Positions 13,150 through 27,505 of a DNA stretch of 64,000 nt are shown in pieces. Source of the DNA: Selaginella moellendorffii. Taxonomy: Eukaryota; Plantae; Lycopodiophyta. Location of the stretch: contig NW_003314271.1 in NCBI RefSeq assembly GCF_000143415.4, positions 2,440,285 through 2,504,284 of the forward strand, given 5' to 3'. Both the position numbers and the translations under genes were made by a program. The notes beneath the pieces are model-generated. The model did no database searches, had not been told where the DNA came from, and worked only from the letters and a program-made list of their open reading frames with translations. Position 1 is the stretch's first letter; each line of letters opens with the position of its first letter.

Positions 13150-16100
13150 TTTCAGTTGGGGATGCTCATTCAATCAAGGTTCTTGTTTATCATTAGTCAT
13201 CAAAAGAGATAAAGATTTTATATGTAAGTGTCAAAGAGATGTTGGAAAAGGGTGTTATTTGAAAGTTATGGAGTCCTTGGATGTGTGAACTTCATCTTGT
13301 GATGAAATCTGATGGGAATTTTCATTTTTACATTAAATATAATTTATTAAATGAAGTGACAATCTCAAATGTGTACCCTCTTCCTTAGACTATTGATCAT
13401 CTTAGGAGAAGTCGTTGGTTCACCAAGTTAGATCTTGCTTCTGAGTACTTACAAGTGTCGATGGATGAGGAAGATATCCCCAAGACTACTTTTCGTACAC
13501 CATTTGGTTTGTACAAATTCTTGGTGATGTTGTTTGGTTTGAACAATGCTTTAGTGACTTTTTAATGGATGATGAATGAGGTTCTTTACAATATGCCAAG
13601 GGTGATTATTAACTTCATCAATAATTTCTTGATCCACTTAAAGGGGACATAAGAAGAATATATCTATGATGTTTGTAAGGTGTTGAATAAGCTATTGGAA
13701 ATTAGTTTAAAGTTGAAGTAATCAAAGTGCGTATTCGGGTTCAAGGACACCACTTATCTTGGGTACTGTATTTCCCATGAATGTTTGTAAATGTAAGCAA
13801 CAAAAAAAAATGACTCGAGAGACAATCCATAAAGGTTTAAATATAGAGAGCAAGGGCCCATGAATAAAAGTGCGCTTCCTTTTCCAATCGATTAAGAATT
13901 TGAGAATACTTGGTGTTAAGCATCATAAGGTTTGAATAGTATTGGGCTAGGTAACTTCTTGGAAAGTCCAAATTTAAGATCTTACATTTAGTATTAGAAA
14001 GGTCTCAGGTCCGACTCTATTGGTTGGTTTAGGGGAATTACAGCATATGTTGAGATTAACATCTGATACGTCTAGTTTGCATTTAGGGGTAGAATGTCAA
14101 GAGAGCAAAGCTTTTGGGAGAGTTACGACTCTTAACTTCTATTCACAAGGGCGTGAATGTGTAGGGAAGTGTGGTGGATTGTAAACAACCAACGAAAAAC
14201 AACCCATAAGGGTTCAAATATAGAGGGAAAGGGCCCATGAATAAAAGTGCATTTCCTTTTCCAATCGATTAAAGATTATAGGATATTTAGGGTTAAAGTT
14301 AAACGTCCTAAGGTTTGAATAATACTTCAATCAGATAAGGGTTTTGGGATATTTGAGGTTGGGGTTAAGCGTTCTAAGGTTTGAATAATTTGGGCTAGGT
14401 GACCTCCTGGGAAGTCTAAACTTCAGAGCTTACAACAAGTTGATTCTGACAAATTTGTGGCTATTTTTAAATTTCTTACTCCAAAGTGTGTGAATGATAT
14501 GGAATGTTTCTTAGGCAAGGTGCAATATCTTGGCCATTTCATTGATTATCTTTTTGATCATATTGCATTAAACATTGTTGAAGTTGTCAACATCGTCTTT
14601 CATTTGGTCTATGGATTGTGAGTGTGTATTTACAGATCTCAAAAAGTTGGTAGCGACTTCTCTAGTTTTGCCGAAACATAAATACACTTGACCTTTCATT
14701 TTGCGTATGGATGTTTTTGATATTGATCTTAAAGATGTGTTGATACAGAAAAGCCCGAGTGTGCTTGTTCAACACCATTCTATTGCATAAATTAGCCATA
14801 CATTACAACCAACAAAGGTAAACTACTCCACGATAGAGGAGTGTTTAGCAATAGTTTAAGGTTTTGAGAAATTTCATGCATATTTACATGATTCTTGGAC
14901 ATTACTAGAAGATGATCATATTGTGGTTACTTCATTATTGAAGCAGAAGAACTTATTTGATCATACTACTCGATGGGCTTTGAAACTTTAGATATATAAT
15001 TTCGATATTATTCATTGCCTTGGGAGTTCTAATGCTAATGCTAATACCCTTTCTTGAGCTCCTTTTCCTTTTTTGCTCTCAATTCATGTTTTTGATAAGC
15101 TTGTTGTTCTAACATTTGTGGATTTTTTGAACAAGGATTTTGTGCTGTTAGTAGTTATTGTACTTGGTGTTCAATGTTTACAAGGTGTGGAGCAAGTTCG
15201 TGAGGCTCAAAAGATTAAGTCCTGGATCCGAAGGCTTTGTGATGGGTTTGAGAATCTTACATCATTTGCTAATGACTTGCCATTTTAGTATTTATATTTT
15301 CAATATTGCCTTGAGAACAATCTTCTTTATTTTGTAGGGATAGATCCTAATGATCATTTATGGCTGGTAGTGCCTTCGATCTTTATTCCATATTTTCTCT
15401 ATGTTTACTATGATTCTCCTATTTTATGCGGGCATATAGGATATTATTATGTGATCAAGAAGTTACATAAATCTTTCTATTACCCAAAAATATGACATGA
15501 TGTTATCTGGTATATACGTAATTGTGTTTGGTGCTAAGTTCATAATACTCCCTCTTGTAGTGCAGAAAGATAGTTAGAGTCAATTATAGTTTTTTGTCCA
15601 TTTGAGTTAGTGGTCTTTGATTTAATAGGGATTTTTCCATGGTCGACTGCTGACAATGAGTATATCATTATTGTTTTTGACTACTTGACTCACTAAGCAA
15701 AAGTCAGTGCATCTCAACGAGGGAGAGATGCTTTGTTATTTAACATGTCATACTTTCACAAGTGGTTATCATCCACAGTCAGATGGTTTGGTGGAATGAC
15801 TTATTCGGATATTCAAAGAGATGATTGCAAAATATATAAACTTTCAGCATTCGAATTGGGATGGTTATTTACCCTTTTTTCATATGTATGTCACAGGAGT
15901 GCAAAGTTTTGTTGATGCTTCACCATATAAACTTCTATATGGTCATAATCTAATACTACCAATGGAGTTGAATTTACCTTCGGGATTACTACAAGCTACT
16001 GATGCTAAGTTTTGGGATCAATATTTGCTGAGCATTCTTCCATTGGTCCAAATAGAATTTGCCAAAACATCTAGGTTGCATACAAGTGGGACAACAATGG

Positions 16101-16650
16101 CACTATAACTCCCATCGTCATCTATTTATAGAGTATAAAGTGGATGACTTGATATTAGTTTGTTTTTCTAATTTTACAGTACATGGTTTGTCTAAGGGGC
16201 TCCTTACTCAATGGAAGGACTATATTAGGTGTTTTATAAAGTGGACCGTAAGTTTATGAGGTTTGGTATGACATCTAACAAGCTGATCTTCCAGGAATTG
16301 TGTATGTGTAGTGGTTGAAACACTTTATATAAAGCTATCAGGAAAAACTAGCACCACCTACAAATCCATCGATACCTCCTCTTGATGTTCCCCAAAATCT
16401 TGGCTGAATTTATGAGGTTCAATATGACATTTAACTGGCCGATCCTCCAGGAATTGTATATATGCAGTGGCTAAAACACTTTGTATAAAACTATTAGGAA
16501 AAACTAGCACCACTTACAAATCCACCAATGCCTCCTCTTAATGTTCCCCCAAATCCCCCAAATCCACCAATGCTTTCTCTTGATGTTCCTCCAATCTTGA
16601 TGTTCCACTAGAAAACCCTGACTATTTTCCATCATTTTGAGAGGAGGGGA
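13150..16650 (+). pseudogene. Heavily decayed Ty3/gypsy pol (RT, RNase H and integrase remnants)
   Basis: ~13430-13550 translates to [40 protein letters not shown]. An integrase-like remnant WDGYLP...SPYKLLYG lies at 15821-16108. There are many stops, and a purine tract GAGGAGGGGA near 16640. Confidence 0.85.
13792..14434 (+). mobile_element. Cassandra-like TRIM (two short LTRs with 5S-rRNA-like sequence)
   Basis: Direct repeats 13792-13986 and 14180-14434 (TGTAA...TTACA), a degenerate PBS after LTR1 and a purine-rich tract before LTR2. GTTAAGCGT...GGTGACCTCCTGGGAAGTC (14364-14416) resembles the plant 5S rRNA internal promoter region. No clean TSD. Confidence 0.75.
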
Positions 16651-18049
16651 TGATGTAAGGTCCAAGTGTACAGTTATAATACTATACACTAATATTAGCA
16701 TAGTGGGATTTTGATAGCTGTCAGATTGGTTTTAATCTAAACCACTCTCTCCTCCTTTTGTATATAAACTAGGTTTTTTGGGCTAATTGATATATACATT
16801 TCTATATTCCATTTTTATATTCCATGCACTCATAGTGTAATATATATATACACTTATATACATGTATACACACACACATATAAGTGGACAATGATGAGAG
16901 CTATAGAGCTATTATTATCCCACTTTTACAGAGCCTAAATGTTCAATAAAATTTACTCAAACTAATGGAAGGATGCTTATTAAATTTTGATCCTATAAAT
17001 TAGCATCAACAATTTATGGTAATCTTAAAAGTAAATTCAACCATTTTGCTAAGGCTTGGTATTAAAAGGCTTAAGTTGCCATGTTTAATTCTTTTTCAAG
17101 AAACCTCAATATTGCTCATTGAGTAGCTTGGTATAGGGTTAACTTTGAGTTTGGTTAAAAAGAAAATGATATGAGTTTGTCTATATTATAAATGAAGTTA
17201 GTGGTGTAGAGTGTTATAAATCTCTATCGGTGGAATATGGCATTTATATTGCATTTTATTGAATTACACTTGATACTCATGTAAACCTTTGTAGTAGTGA
17301 CATAAGTGTTGCTTATGGTATTGCTCGATTGATGATAAAATCATTGTGATTTTTATATCATATCCATGTGATTATGAATAATATGTTTATGAAGCTGCTT
17401 GCTCAAATGATGATCAACCCCAAAGTAGTTGATAGTGATGTTAGTCTATTTGCACATAATAGTATTATAAGATAACTCAAAGAACACAAAGTATCATCAA
17501 CTGGCAAGCTAGATGCTCGTAAATGTATCACACAAATGAAATAACATTCAACCTATCAGAATCAACAATAACAACAATTAATAGAACAAAATGAGTGTTG
17601 CAAAGACCAACAAACATAACATTCATACCAACCATTGCACAAACCAATCTGAATAGATCTCAATCAACCATACTAAGGAATTTAAGGTGCTTAAGAAAAT
17701 GCTAGCAACATTGAAATTACATTTCAAACCCAAAAGATCAATCTAAAGCAAATTATAAAAACATATGTGGTAATGAGAAAAGCCATAAACTATCAAAAAG
17801 AACAATTAACCATCATAACAAATTCTCAATCATCCTATCAATAAAAAAATGCAAAATGATTATTGAAGAAATAATCTACCATACCAAAGAATGATAATTA
17901 TTCAACATTAACAATAATTAAGAAATTTTTTTAATAAGGATAATCAGCTATCATAGATGACATTCAGTCATAACTAATGATTGCTAAATGTAGAAACTAA
18001 CTTTAACATCAAAGCTAAAAAGTTATAAATGTTTTCCCTAACAACTTCT

Positions 18050-18510
18050 AACTTTGGGCTTTCACCCTCAGACTTGGACTTAGACTTGGACTCAGACTTG
18101 GACTTGGTCTCGGTTCCAATCTTAGTCCTGGTCTTGGTCCCAGTCATTGTCCTTATCTTAGACTCCTTCTTGGACTCCATCTCAAATTCCTTCTTAAACT
18201 CCATCTCAAACTCCTTGGACTTCATCTTGGATTCTTTCTCAGACTTCATTTTGGAGTCCTTCTTGGACTCAATCACAACACTTATCATGTATCAGTCCTT
18301 CTTGTGTCCTTTTTTAAAGACTCATTCACCAATTTTTTCATGCTTATTCCTTGAGTACTTTATTTAGAGTTCCATTCCCGCTCTTAACTTTCCGAGTTAG
18401 AGCTTTTAGTCCAAATATGTTATGTTTATTGGACTGTTAGACTTTCACTTCGACTACTACCATATGGCATTCTTTTGGCTCCACTTTAGGGCTTAGGAAT
18501 TTGTGTCACA
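18050..18510 (-). mobile_element. Degenerate fragment of a family-A LTR
   Basis: CTTTGGGCTTTCACCCTCAGAC, a decayed GGACTC array, and an end resembling TTGTGTCACA as in the other family-A LTRs. Confidence 0.75.
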
Positions 18511-19176
18511 TGTTTTATATTGTCTTTAAGAATTTTATTTTATAGGTTATAATGTAGACATATCATATGTTTTGACGAAAGGAATATAATATTTTTTGTG
18601 ATAGTAAGTATGTTACATATGTTTTATTATGATATGATAACTCTACTAATATCATACCAAATGTTATGGATGAGAACATCCATAATATAATGCCTAGATA
18701 TTAGTTTTGATCTCCATCGGTGATGCATATTTTGCTTGAACTCTATTGCCCACCTAGTGGCATTGTAATCAATTGCACAATAGATAGTGGCTCAATAGTC
18801 AAGACGGAATATAACTCTGATAGATCAGTATTTGCAATTTAACTTCTTTAAATGTTGTTTTAAAGATTTTCATCCTTCTCTATCAATTGCTTAAAAAAGG
18901 TAATTTATGGTGTTTTAAAAATTTATATGCAATACATATTTAGTTTTTCCTCTATATCATAAATCCCCAATATAATGAGCTCTAGAATATCTATTTATCA
19001 ATTATACAGTAAAAGAGTGTTAAATGCATCTATTTGCAATGTGACATACTTTTATCATATCACATGTCAATGTGACAATAACAATAGTTGTGTTAGAGAT
19101 AGAGATGTCAAATTTCATAATAATGAATATGCTATCTACAATTAACACCATTTTTATTTATGTTTTTGGAGGGGGG

Positions 19177-21579
19177 GGATGGACAATATTATAGTGTAAG
19201 AAAGTAATTATAACTTTCACAAAACATAGTAGAGTGGCCTATGGCCTAAAAATATCATATTCACCACTTATGGATGTAATATTTAATAACAAAATATTGT
19301 TCATAAAGCAATGATGATTGTGTGTCTTTAACTCTTTCTTGATTTTCCTACACATCCATGTGTGCACACCGTCCATACCAGCTCTTGAACAATTGTGACA
19401 GTATTTTATAAAAGTTTTTAGACCTATCCAACCATCCATTTTGTCCAAATAAAAGTAGCATATGGGACACTAAATATAATATGTGCTCTCTTTTAAGAGT
19501 TTCTGCCATATCTGAAGCAAGATCTGGAAAAAAAATAGCTAATATCACTTTTGAAGCATATGAAGCAATCCATCTCTAGTAGCACTATTTAGAACATTAT
19601 CTAGAAGAGGGATCTTATATTTAATCACACTTGAGGCCACAAGAGGAAAAGTTTTATATCAATTATTGTGGAGGGAAAGATGGAATGTTGGTAAAAGTTG
19701 GAGATGGAGTTGGAAACTTATATGACATGTATGAGGGCCAAGTATGAGTAGCAATAACATTCTGTATAGTCATTCTTATACTCTAAGTTAAACTCTAGGG
19801 AATAGGGAACGAGTTTTTATTATGGCCCTAACAATATATAGATTCTTGATAGTCTAAATTATCAATCTCAAAATTAGAACTTTAGAATTATAATAGTGTC
19901 AAAACCACTTATATTATAATTAAATACAATAATGTCTTTACATATGTAAAAATACAATCATTCTCAAAAATATAAGATTCTACACTTTACTCATAATGAA
20001 CTAAACTTTCGAAGAAACTATGACTCTCATGACTCTTATATTACATTATCAGGTGGCCTAAATATCCCATATTTAGCAATCACTTATGTAGTGTTCACCA
20101 ATGGAATATTGTTTTTCACCATAAAATCATAGTAGCTGTGTTTTTAACTCTTTCTTGATTTGTTGTACATTCATGCATGCATACCTTCCAAACTAGCTCT
20201 TAGGCATTTGCAATAGTGCTCAAGAAAATTTATCAAACTTATGCAACCATCTATCTTATTCAAATAAAAATGGTATATAAGACACTGAAGATAATGTGTA
20301 TTTACATTAAGCACTCCTACTATATCTAGAGCAAGATTTTGAAAAAAAATGTTGATATCACTTTTGGAGCATTTGAGGCAATCCAACTTTTTTAGCAACA
20401 TCACAAAGAGAGAATTCATATTCAATTGCACTCAAAGTTGCAAATAGAAGAACTTCACAACAATTGTTATATGGAAAGAAACACTTATCAAAATGGGGGA
20501 TGGACAATATTATAGTGTAAGAAAGTAATTATAACTTTCACAAAACATAGTAGAGTGGCCTATGGCCTAAAAATATCATATTCACCACTTATGGATGTAA
20601 TATTTAATAACAAAATATTGTTCATAAAGCAATGATGATTGTGTGTCTTTAACTCTTTCTTGATTTTCCTACACATCCATGTGTGCACACTGTCCATACC
20701 AGCTCTTGAACAATTGTGACAGTATTTTATAAAAGTTTTTAGACCTATCCAACCATCCATTTTGTCCAAATAAAAGTAGCATATGGGACACTAAATATAA
20801 TATGTGCTCTCTTTTAAGAGTTTCTGCCATATCTGAAGCAGGATCTGGAAAAAAAATAGCTAATATCACTTTTGAAGCATATGAAGCAATCCATCTCTAG
20901 TAGCACTATTTAGAACATTATCTAGAAGAGGGATCTTATGTTTAATCACACTTGAGGCCACAAGAGGAAAAGTTTTATATCAATTATTGTGGAGGGAAAG
21001 ATGGAATGTTGGTAAAAGTTGGAGATGGAGTTGGAAACTTATATGACATGTATGAGGGCCAAGTGTGAGTAGCAATAACATTCTGTATAGTCATTCTTAT
21101 ACTCTAAGTTAAACTCTAGGGAATAGGGAACGAGTTTTTATTATGGCCCTAACAATATATAGATTCTTGATAGTCTAAATTATCAATCTCAAAATTAGAA
21201 CTTTAGAATTATAATAGTGTCAAAACCACTTATATTATAATTAAATACAATAATGTCTTTACATATGTAAAAATACAATCATTCTCAAAAATATAAGATT
21301 CTACACTTTACTCATAATGAACTAAACTTTCGAAGAAACTATGACTCTCATGACTCTTATATTACATTATCAGGTGGCCTAAATATCCCATATTTAGCAA
21401 TCACTTATGTAGTGTTCACCAATGGAATATTGTTTTTCACCATAAAATCATAGTAGCTGTGTTTTTAACTCTTTCTTGATTTGTTGTACATTCATGCATG
21501 CATACCTTCCAAACTAGCTCTTAGGCATTTGCCAATAGTGCTCAAGAAAATTTATCAAACTTATGCAACCATCTATCTT
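19177..21579. repeat. Near-identical 1321-bp tandem duplication running into an N gap
   Basis: GGATGGACAATATTATAGTG occurs at 19177 and 20498. The ORF pair 19239/20560 is offset by 1321. Only a few differences between copies. Confidence 0.9.
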
Positions 21580-24500
21580 ANNNNNNNNNNNNNNNNNNNN
21601 NNNNNNNNNNNNNNNNNNNNNNNNNNNNNNNNNNNNNNNNNNNNNNNNNNNNNNNNNNNNNNNNNNNNNNNNNNNNNNNNNNNNNNNNNNNNNNNNNNNN
21701 NNNNNNNNNNNNNNNNNNNNNNNNNNNNNNNNNNNNNNNNNNNNNNNNNNNNNNNNNNNNNNNNNNNNNNNNNNNNNNNNNNNNNNNNNNNNNNNNNGAA
21801 TTAAACTTTTTATGACAAAGGGGTAAATGTTTTATCTTGTATATCTTCCCAAACAAAGCAGAAAAAGGAAGCTTAGGCAAAATGGAATTATACTTAATTT
21901 TATGCATCTAAAGAAGAAAGACTTGACCTTAAAAATGGTTATAAAATCATGTAATATATAAATAACACTTAGACATGTTAAAAAACAACCCCCACTCATT
22001 ATTGTGTGCATTTGCATTGAATTAACTATTTTTTCACCTGCCTATGATTGTTTGTGCAAAGTAGAGTTGAAAGAGTGACATATGCTTATCCTTACTTAGG
22101 GTTCGAGGCTGAATGCTTCTATATTCTATTCTCTTCTCATTCTCATTTTCTTCTCTTCGCTACTTCTGCATTCTCATCTTTGTTTATTTATCACTATTTT
22201 GCAGGCAGGGGCAAGAACATGAGTAGTCTTACTCACATTTGGCAACTACGGTGGAATAAGCCATCACTCTTTGGCTCAAAAAACAACCGGGAAAAAATCA
22301 TTTGTGAATTCCAAATGTGTTTAACATTAAGAATCACAAAAAGATCTCTTTAGTGATTATAGAAGCCTTGAATCTAAACAACACTAAACAAAAAAGCTCT
22401 TCTTGCGATTGCAATGGTTTAATGCCCAAACAATGCAAGAAAGATAGTTTTCAACCATCACCAAGGCTATAAATCATAGGACGAGTTTGAAATTGAAGTA
22501 TGACATACATTGCTAAGAAACTTAAGTTTAAATTTTCTTGAGAAAAATCCAAAAGAAAAAATAGAGTTCATTTGATGTGGAAAACACAATCAAGTACTCT
22601 AGAATTCTTTCATTTTGAACAAGTTTTCAACAGTGTATCACAATTTTTCTAGGCATACACAAGCAGAAAAATTAGGCATTTGTAACTCTTGTCTTCGACT
22701 CTAGTTTAAAGAGAGTTAAAGCCAACCTTAATAAAAAACAAATTGAGGAATTATTCACCCAAATCTTATGAAGCTTTAACAAAGGCAAAATCACAATTAA
22801 AACATTGTGTTGTCTGAAGGCTTTAATCCAAAGTCCTTTAACTTGGACTACTACTCAAACATGGTTTGAGAGTAGATTTGTCTCGAGTTTAAATTTCCTA
22901 CGCATATTGTAAGAGCCTATAAGACTCAAACAAAACTCATAAGTCGAAAATTCGGAAACAGTTATCATGAATCACTTTAACTGTTCAAACCGCTCTACAC
23001 TTAATACACCTAGGCAAATTAATCAAGGCTCATCTTTTATACATAGAGAACTTACAAACACTGCTTAGTGTGAAAGGTGTCATCCTCTTATAGATTTTGA
23101 AAACACTCACATCACATCTAGCCCCATAGGGAAAAATCAAGTGCAATCACATGAAACACACCCTATATCCCTTGAAGTGAGGCATAGACAAAGAGCAAAT
23201 ATACAAGTGAATAAGCGAAAAAATCCACCTTTTAGACCAATTGAGCAACATTCAATTGCTAGGGGAAATACTCATCACTTTAGGTCCAAGATTAACACCT
23301 ATGCCTAGTAGCAAGCTCTACAACTCTCTATTCTACATTTATAGTATGAAGCCTCTAGACTGTTTCGTCTAGCAAAACAGGGTAATTTGTGTGTTCCAAA
23401 CGTAGGCAGAAATTGAGCTACAACTCTTATTAGAATAGTTGTATAATTTTGCCTATGTGGAAAATATTTATTATGTGGGAATTCTCTTCTATAAGGAGGT
23501 ACGTACACCTAGGGATTATGTCTCACAAAGGGTGGTTCATACTTTATAAAAGGTATTTCATGCACTTTGATCTCTAAAGAACTAAAATAAACTTAGACAT
23601 ATTAGAAAAGGGTTTTATCTAAAAAGGTGAAATAATTTCAAATACTCTGAAATTTTGAAATATACTACAAAGCTCAAAATTTTGTCATACAAGCTTGAGG
23701 AAAGACTTGTATTGACCATAACCACCCGTTGGTAAAGAGATTAGAGAGAAATTTGTCTTGAAAAGTAATTTTTCTCTAAATCTGAAGTAAAATCTTCCAT
23801 GAATTAGCTATCATATGTTTAAAAAACTATATAAAGTCATTCCACAAGAAAATTGATTTAAAATAGGCTATTATGGACTAGACAATTTGACTTTTGTGTT
23901 GATTCCACAAAGCAATTTCACGGAATAGTCTCCACGCTCCATTCAAATTAATCCCTAGTATTGATCTAATTTACCTAAAATTTGCTAAAAGTAATAGGCC
24001 ACTCTTTTCAATTCCACAGTTGTAAGAGCAAGGTTGGCTATAAGCCAGAGGGTAAGACCCACTGTGAAGCAGACAAACTACTTTGGAACTGGCTATCACG
24101 TGTTACAAATCTTGCACTAAATTAATCTTAACCACACTAGGCACGGATAGAAAGGGGAAGACCTTCTACGCACCTAAGTGAAGAGATTGAGAATTGACAA
24201 CCCTTCACTGTTTTCATAGAAGTTAAATAGAGGAATTGGAGTAAACAAAATAAAAATATTTACTAGCAATCCACCACACCTATCAGAAGATATATTTTTC
24301 TTAAAGACCTAGACAAAAGTTGTTTAATCCCCACTTTGTGTGATAAAGCAAAAGTATAAAAAAGTAAAAACTAAACTATCTTGTGTGCCTAACTAGGCCA
24401 GTAAATGATAGATTTAACAAAATTATTTAAATAGTTCAATGAATTATTGAGTGGAATACTTAATAATATTCTGCTCAAAGTATATAGAAGTTTAACTCCA

Positions 24501-25816
24501 TTTATGGAAAGTGTCTAAATTTGCTCATTTGGCATATCTACGGAATGTAGAGATCGGCCTGAACACAATGGTGTTTGTACCGTGTCCAAATTCGCAATCT
24601 AGCACCATTCCATATTTAGTAAGTTTCGGACTTGTCCTAGAGACTAATTCCTGGTACTAAGGGAGGCTTTGGGTGAAAGCCTAAAGCGTGTGTCCCTCAA
24701 GGGAGGGGCGGGGGGGGGGGGGGGGGGGGGGGGGGTTTTTTGGGGTTTCCAAAATTTAATAAGGAAAAATTTTTTAAAAGCATTCCCAACCCCCCAAAAA
24801 ATTAATTTTGCCCCCCCGGGGCTTGTTCCCCCCTTTTTTTCCGCCCCGTTTGGGTTTAAACCCAAAACCCATGTTGTCTTAATCGGGGAAAAACCCCCCT
24901 TTTTCCCTTAGGCCCCCCAAATCCCAAAATTTTGTTAAAACCCCCCTAAAACCATTTTTCTTCCAAGGCCCGAAAATGGGAAACTGTGCCCCCTGGAATT
25001 TAACCCAACCCTTTTTTTTAAAAAAAAAGGGTTTGAAATTCCCCCCCAAATTCAGGGGCCCACAATTTTGAATAAAAAAAATTTTTCCACCAATTCCCAC
25101 CCAATTTTTTCCGAATTTTTTAAACCAAATTTCTAACCCAAAAAATTTTTTATAAAAACCAAAACACCCCAGGTAGAATTATTTGAAAAACCCCCTTCCC
25201 AAAAAAACTTTAATCCCTTTTTAATTCCCAAAAAAACCTTCCTTCCCCCTAAAAAAATGGGAAAAAAAAACCTGTTGGTTCTTCCGGGGGGGGGGGGTTG
25301 TGGGGGGTTCCAAATGTATAGTAGGGATAGTGTTTGGAATGCATGTCCGACCACCTGAGACATTAATTTGGCACCCGCTGGGCTGTGTCGCTCCTTTTTC
25401 TGCGTCCGGCTTGGGTCTAAGCCCAAACTCCATGCTGCTCTAGTCGGTGGAGTACCCTCCTTCTTGCGTTAGGCCACCAGTATGCCAAAATTGTGCTAGA
25501 CTCCATCTGACACCATTTTGCGTGCAGGTGCTGGATATGGGGAGCTGGTGCTCGTGGGATTGTACCGGACCCTTGTTTCGTAGCACAACGGGCTTGGAAT
25601 TCGGCTCCAAATTCAGGTGCGCTACATTTGGTATCAGAGGGATTGTCTCAGCGATTCCTATCCAACTTTCATCGGATTTTCTGACTCAAGTTGCATACGC
25701 AGAGACTTTTCTAGTAGATCCGAAGCGACCTAGGTAGGATTAGTTGGATAGCACCATTCGGTAAGAACGTTGTATGCATGTTTAGTTACTGATAGAGGCA
25801 TGCATGCAGCTAACAG

Positions 25817-27505
25817 GATGGTGAAGAGGAACCATGCTGATGATGCTGAAACCTCTAGACGGGCAAATCGAGAGGAGGAAACTCCTGCTAGAGATGCTAC
25901 AGAAAAGGCTGAGGCCGAGTCAGAAGAGGAAGAGCCAGATGCTGCGGCATTGCAGCATACGGCTCAGGAAGTGGAGATTGAGAATTTGTGAAGGGAAGTT
26001 CGCAAATTGAAGAAGGAGAACAAAAAGAGGAAGAAAGAAGCTGAGGCAGCTAAATAAGCTAAACCTAAGCAACCGGACTCCTCTTCAAGTTCTGAGGACG
26101 ATGAAGTTCTGCAACCGCCCCCGGTTGCACGAGTTTCAAAGTTCAAGCCTCCAAAACCACCCAATTTCATAGGCATGCGGGACTATCAGGTTTTGGAAGA
26201 CTGGGTCTACGATATGAAAAATTATTTCATAGTGGCAGACGTAGATGATCGTACAAAAGTTGCGTGTGCACAATCCTTTCTCACCGATCATGCCAAAACT
26301 TGGTGGCGTCAGGTGTGTTTTTAAAAAGGGCAGACTAGAAGTTGGACCAAGATGTGGTCTCGTATCCATAAGGAATACTTGCCGGATGACCTTGGTCTGA
26401 GACTTCGCGCGGAGCTGCGACGGTTAAAGCAGCGAGGGGACCTTATGCATTACGTTAATGCGTTTGCTCAGAAGCGCATTATGATTGCAAATATGAGTGA
26501 CGAAGATGCTTGGAGTTATTTTCTGGAGGGTTTAAGTTCATTTTCTCGCAATGAGATTTTGAAGTTTAAGCCGAAGACATACTTGGAGTGTAAGGAGGCA
26601 GCGCAGCAAGTTGCCTTTAGTCACTCGCTTATGGAACAATATCAACAACCTTATGCTGGTAACTCGGATAAGAATAGGAATTCTGGGAATAAGCAAGGTG
26701 ATCGAAAACAAAGGGTGGAAAGTAGGTACCGCCTGTAGCGCACCTTATCTCTCTCCCCTTAAGCCAACTGGAAAAGGGGCAATTGAGAGCCCTTAGTGGC
26801 TATTTTATCCCCATTTATCCCCCAAAGTTCCAAGGATCCACAGTGACAGTATATCCAAATCTCATCCCATGATCACATGCGCTACACCACCCTGGGGGCT
26901 CACAAGCTACAGTTAATAAAGGTCGTGGTGGTTGGAGACCACCAGCAGCTTCTTCTGGCCCTAGGCCCTCTGTTCCTCCTCCTGGTGGGTACAAGCAGCA
27001 GCAACCTACAAAACCTACTCCTAGCGGAACGGGTAGTGTGGGTCATTGTTTCCATTGTGGAGAGTTGGGACATAGGTCCTCGGAATGTCCCAACAAGCAT
27101 AAGATAAGGTCTCGGGTTAATGTCATAAGGGAAGATGGTGGTGGTGAAGCTGAAGGGATTGACGAGTTGGTCAATGCAGACTATGAGGAAGAAGAGGTGA
27201 GTAACTTTCGTTGTTTTCCTCAAGCTTTTCTTGCAGTCAATGCAAACACTAATCCGTTGATGTATCTGGTAGGTTTTGTCCGTGGACACCGAATCCAAGT
27301 GATGATTGACACGGGAGCTACGCACAGCGTGATATCCGAAGACTTAGTTAAGTTGTTAGGATTGAATGCTGAGCAAATGTCGCCTATGCACTTCTAGTTT
27401 GAAGAAGGTGGGCAAATAGCCAGAAAGTTTGTGAGTGATATTCCAATAAAGATATCCAAGTGGAAAGAAAGAGTGGACTTGGTGGTGTTGAAGATACCAG
27501 ATTTT
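25817..27505 (+). pseudogene. Chromovirus gag and aspartic protease N-part
   Basis: Retrotransposon gag-like LRAELRRLKQRGDLMHYVNAF, zinc knuckle CFHCGELGHRSSEC and protease VMIDTGATHS. Stops and frameshifts are present. Confidence 0.9.
26734..26886. mobile_element. 153-bp mini solo-LTR-like insertion in gag
   Basis: TGTAGCGCA...TGCGCTACA inverted ends with flanks CCGCC/CCACC. Removing it fuses ORF 26352 in frame to the zinc-knuckle ORF 27038. Confidence 0.8.

Noticed and set aside
14364-14416. A 5S rRNA gene
   Set aside because: Only the internal-promoter part is similar and it sits inside an LTR. There is no full ~120-nt gene.
21481-21907. ORFs spanning N runs (also 11894-12156)
   Set aside because: They are artefacts of assembly gaps.
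24712-25296. Homopolymer-rich ~580-bp stretch inside the chromovirus 5' LTR with several short ORFs
   Set aside because: It starts at a poly-G run and is a garbled echo of the LTR sequence that resumes cleanly near 25297. This is typical of low-quality read sequence after a G-run.
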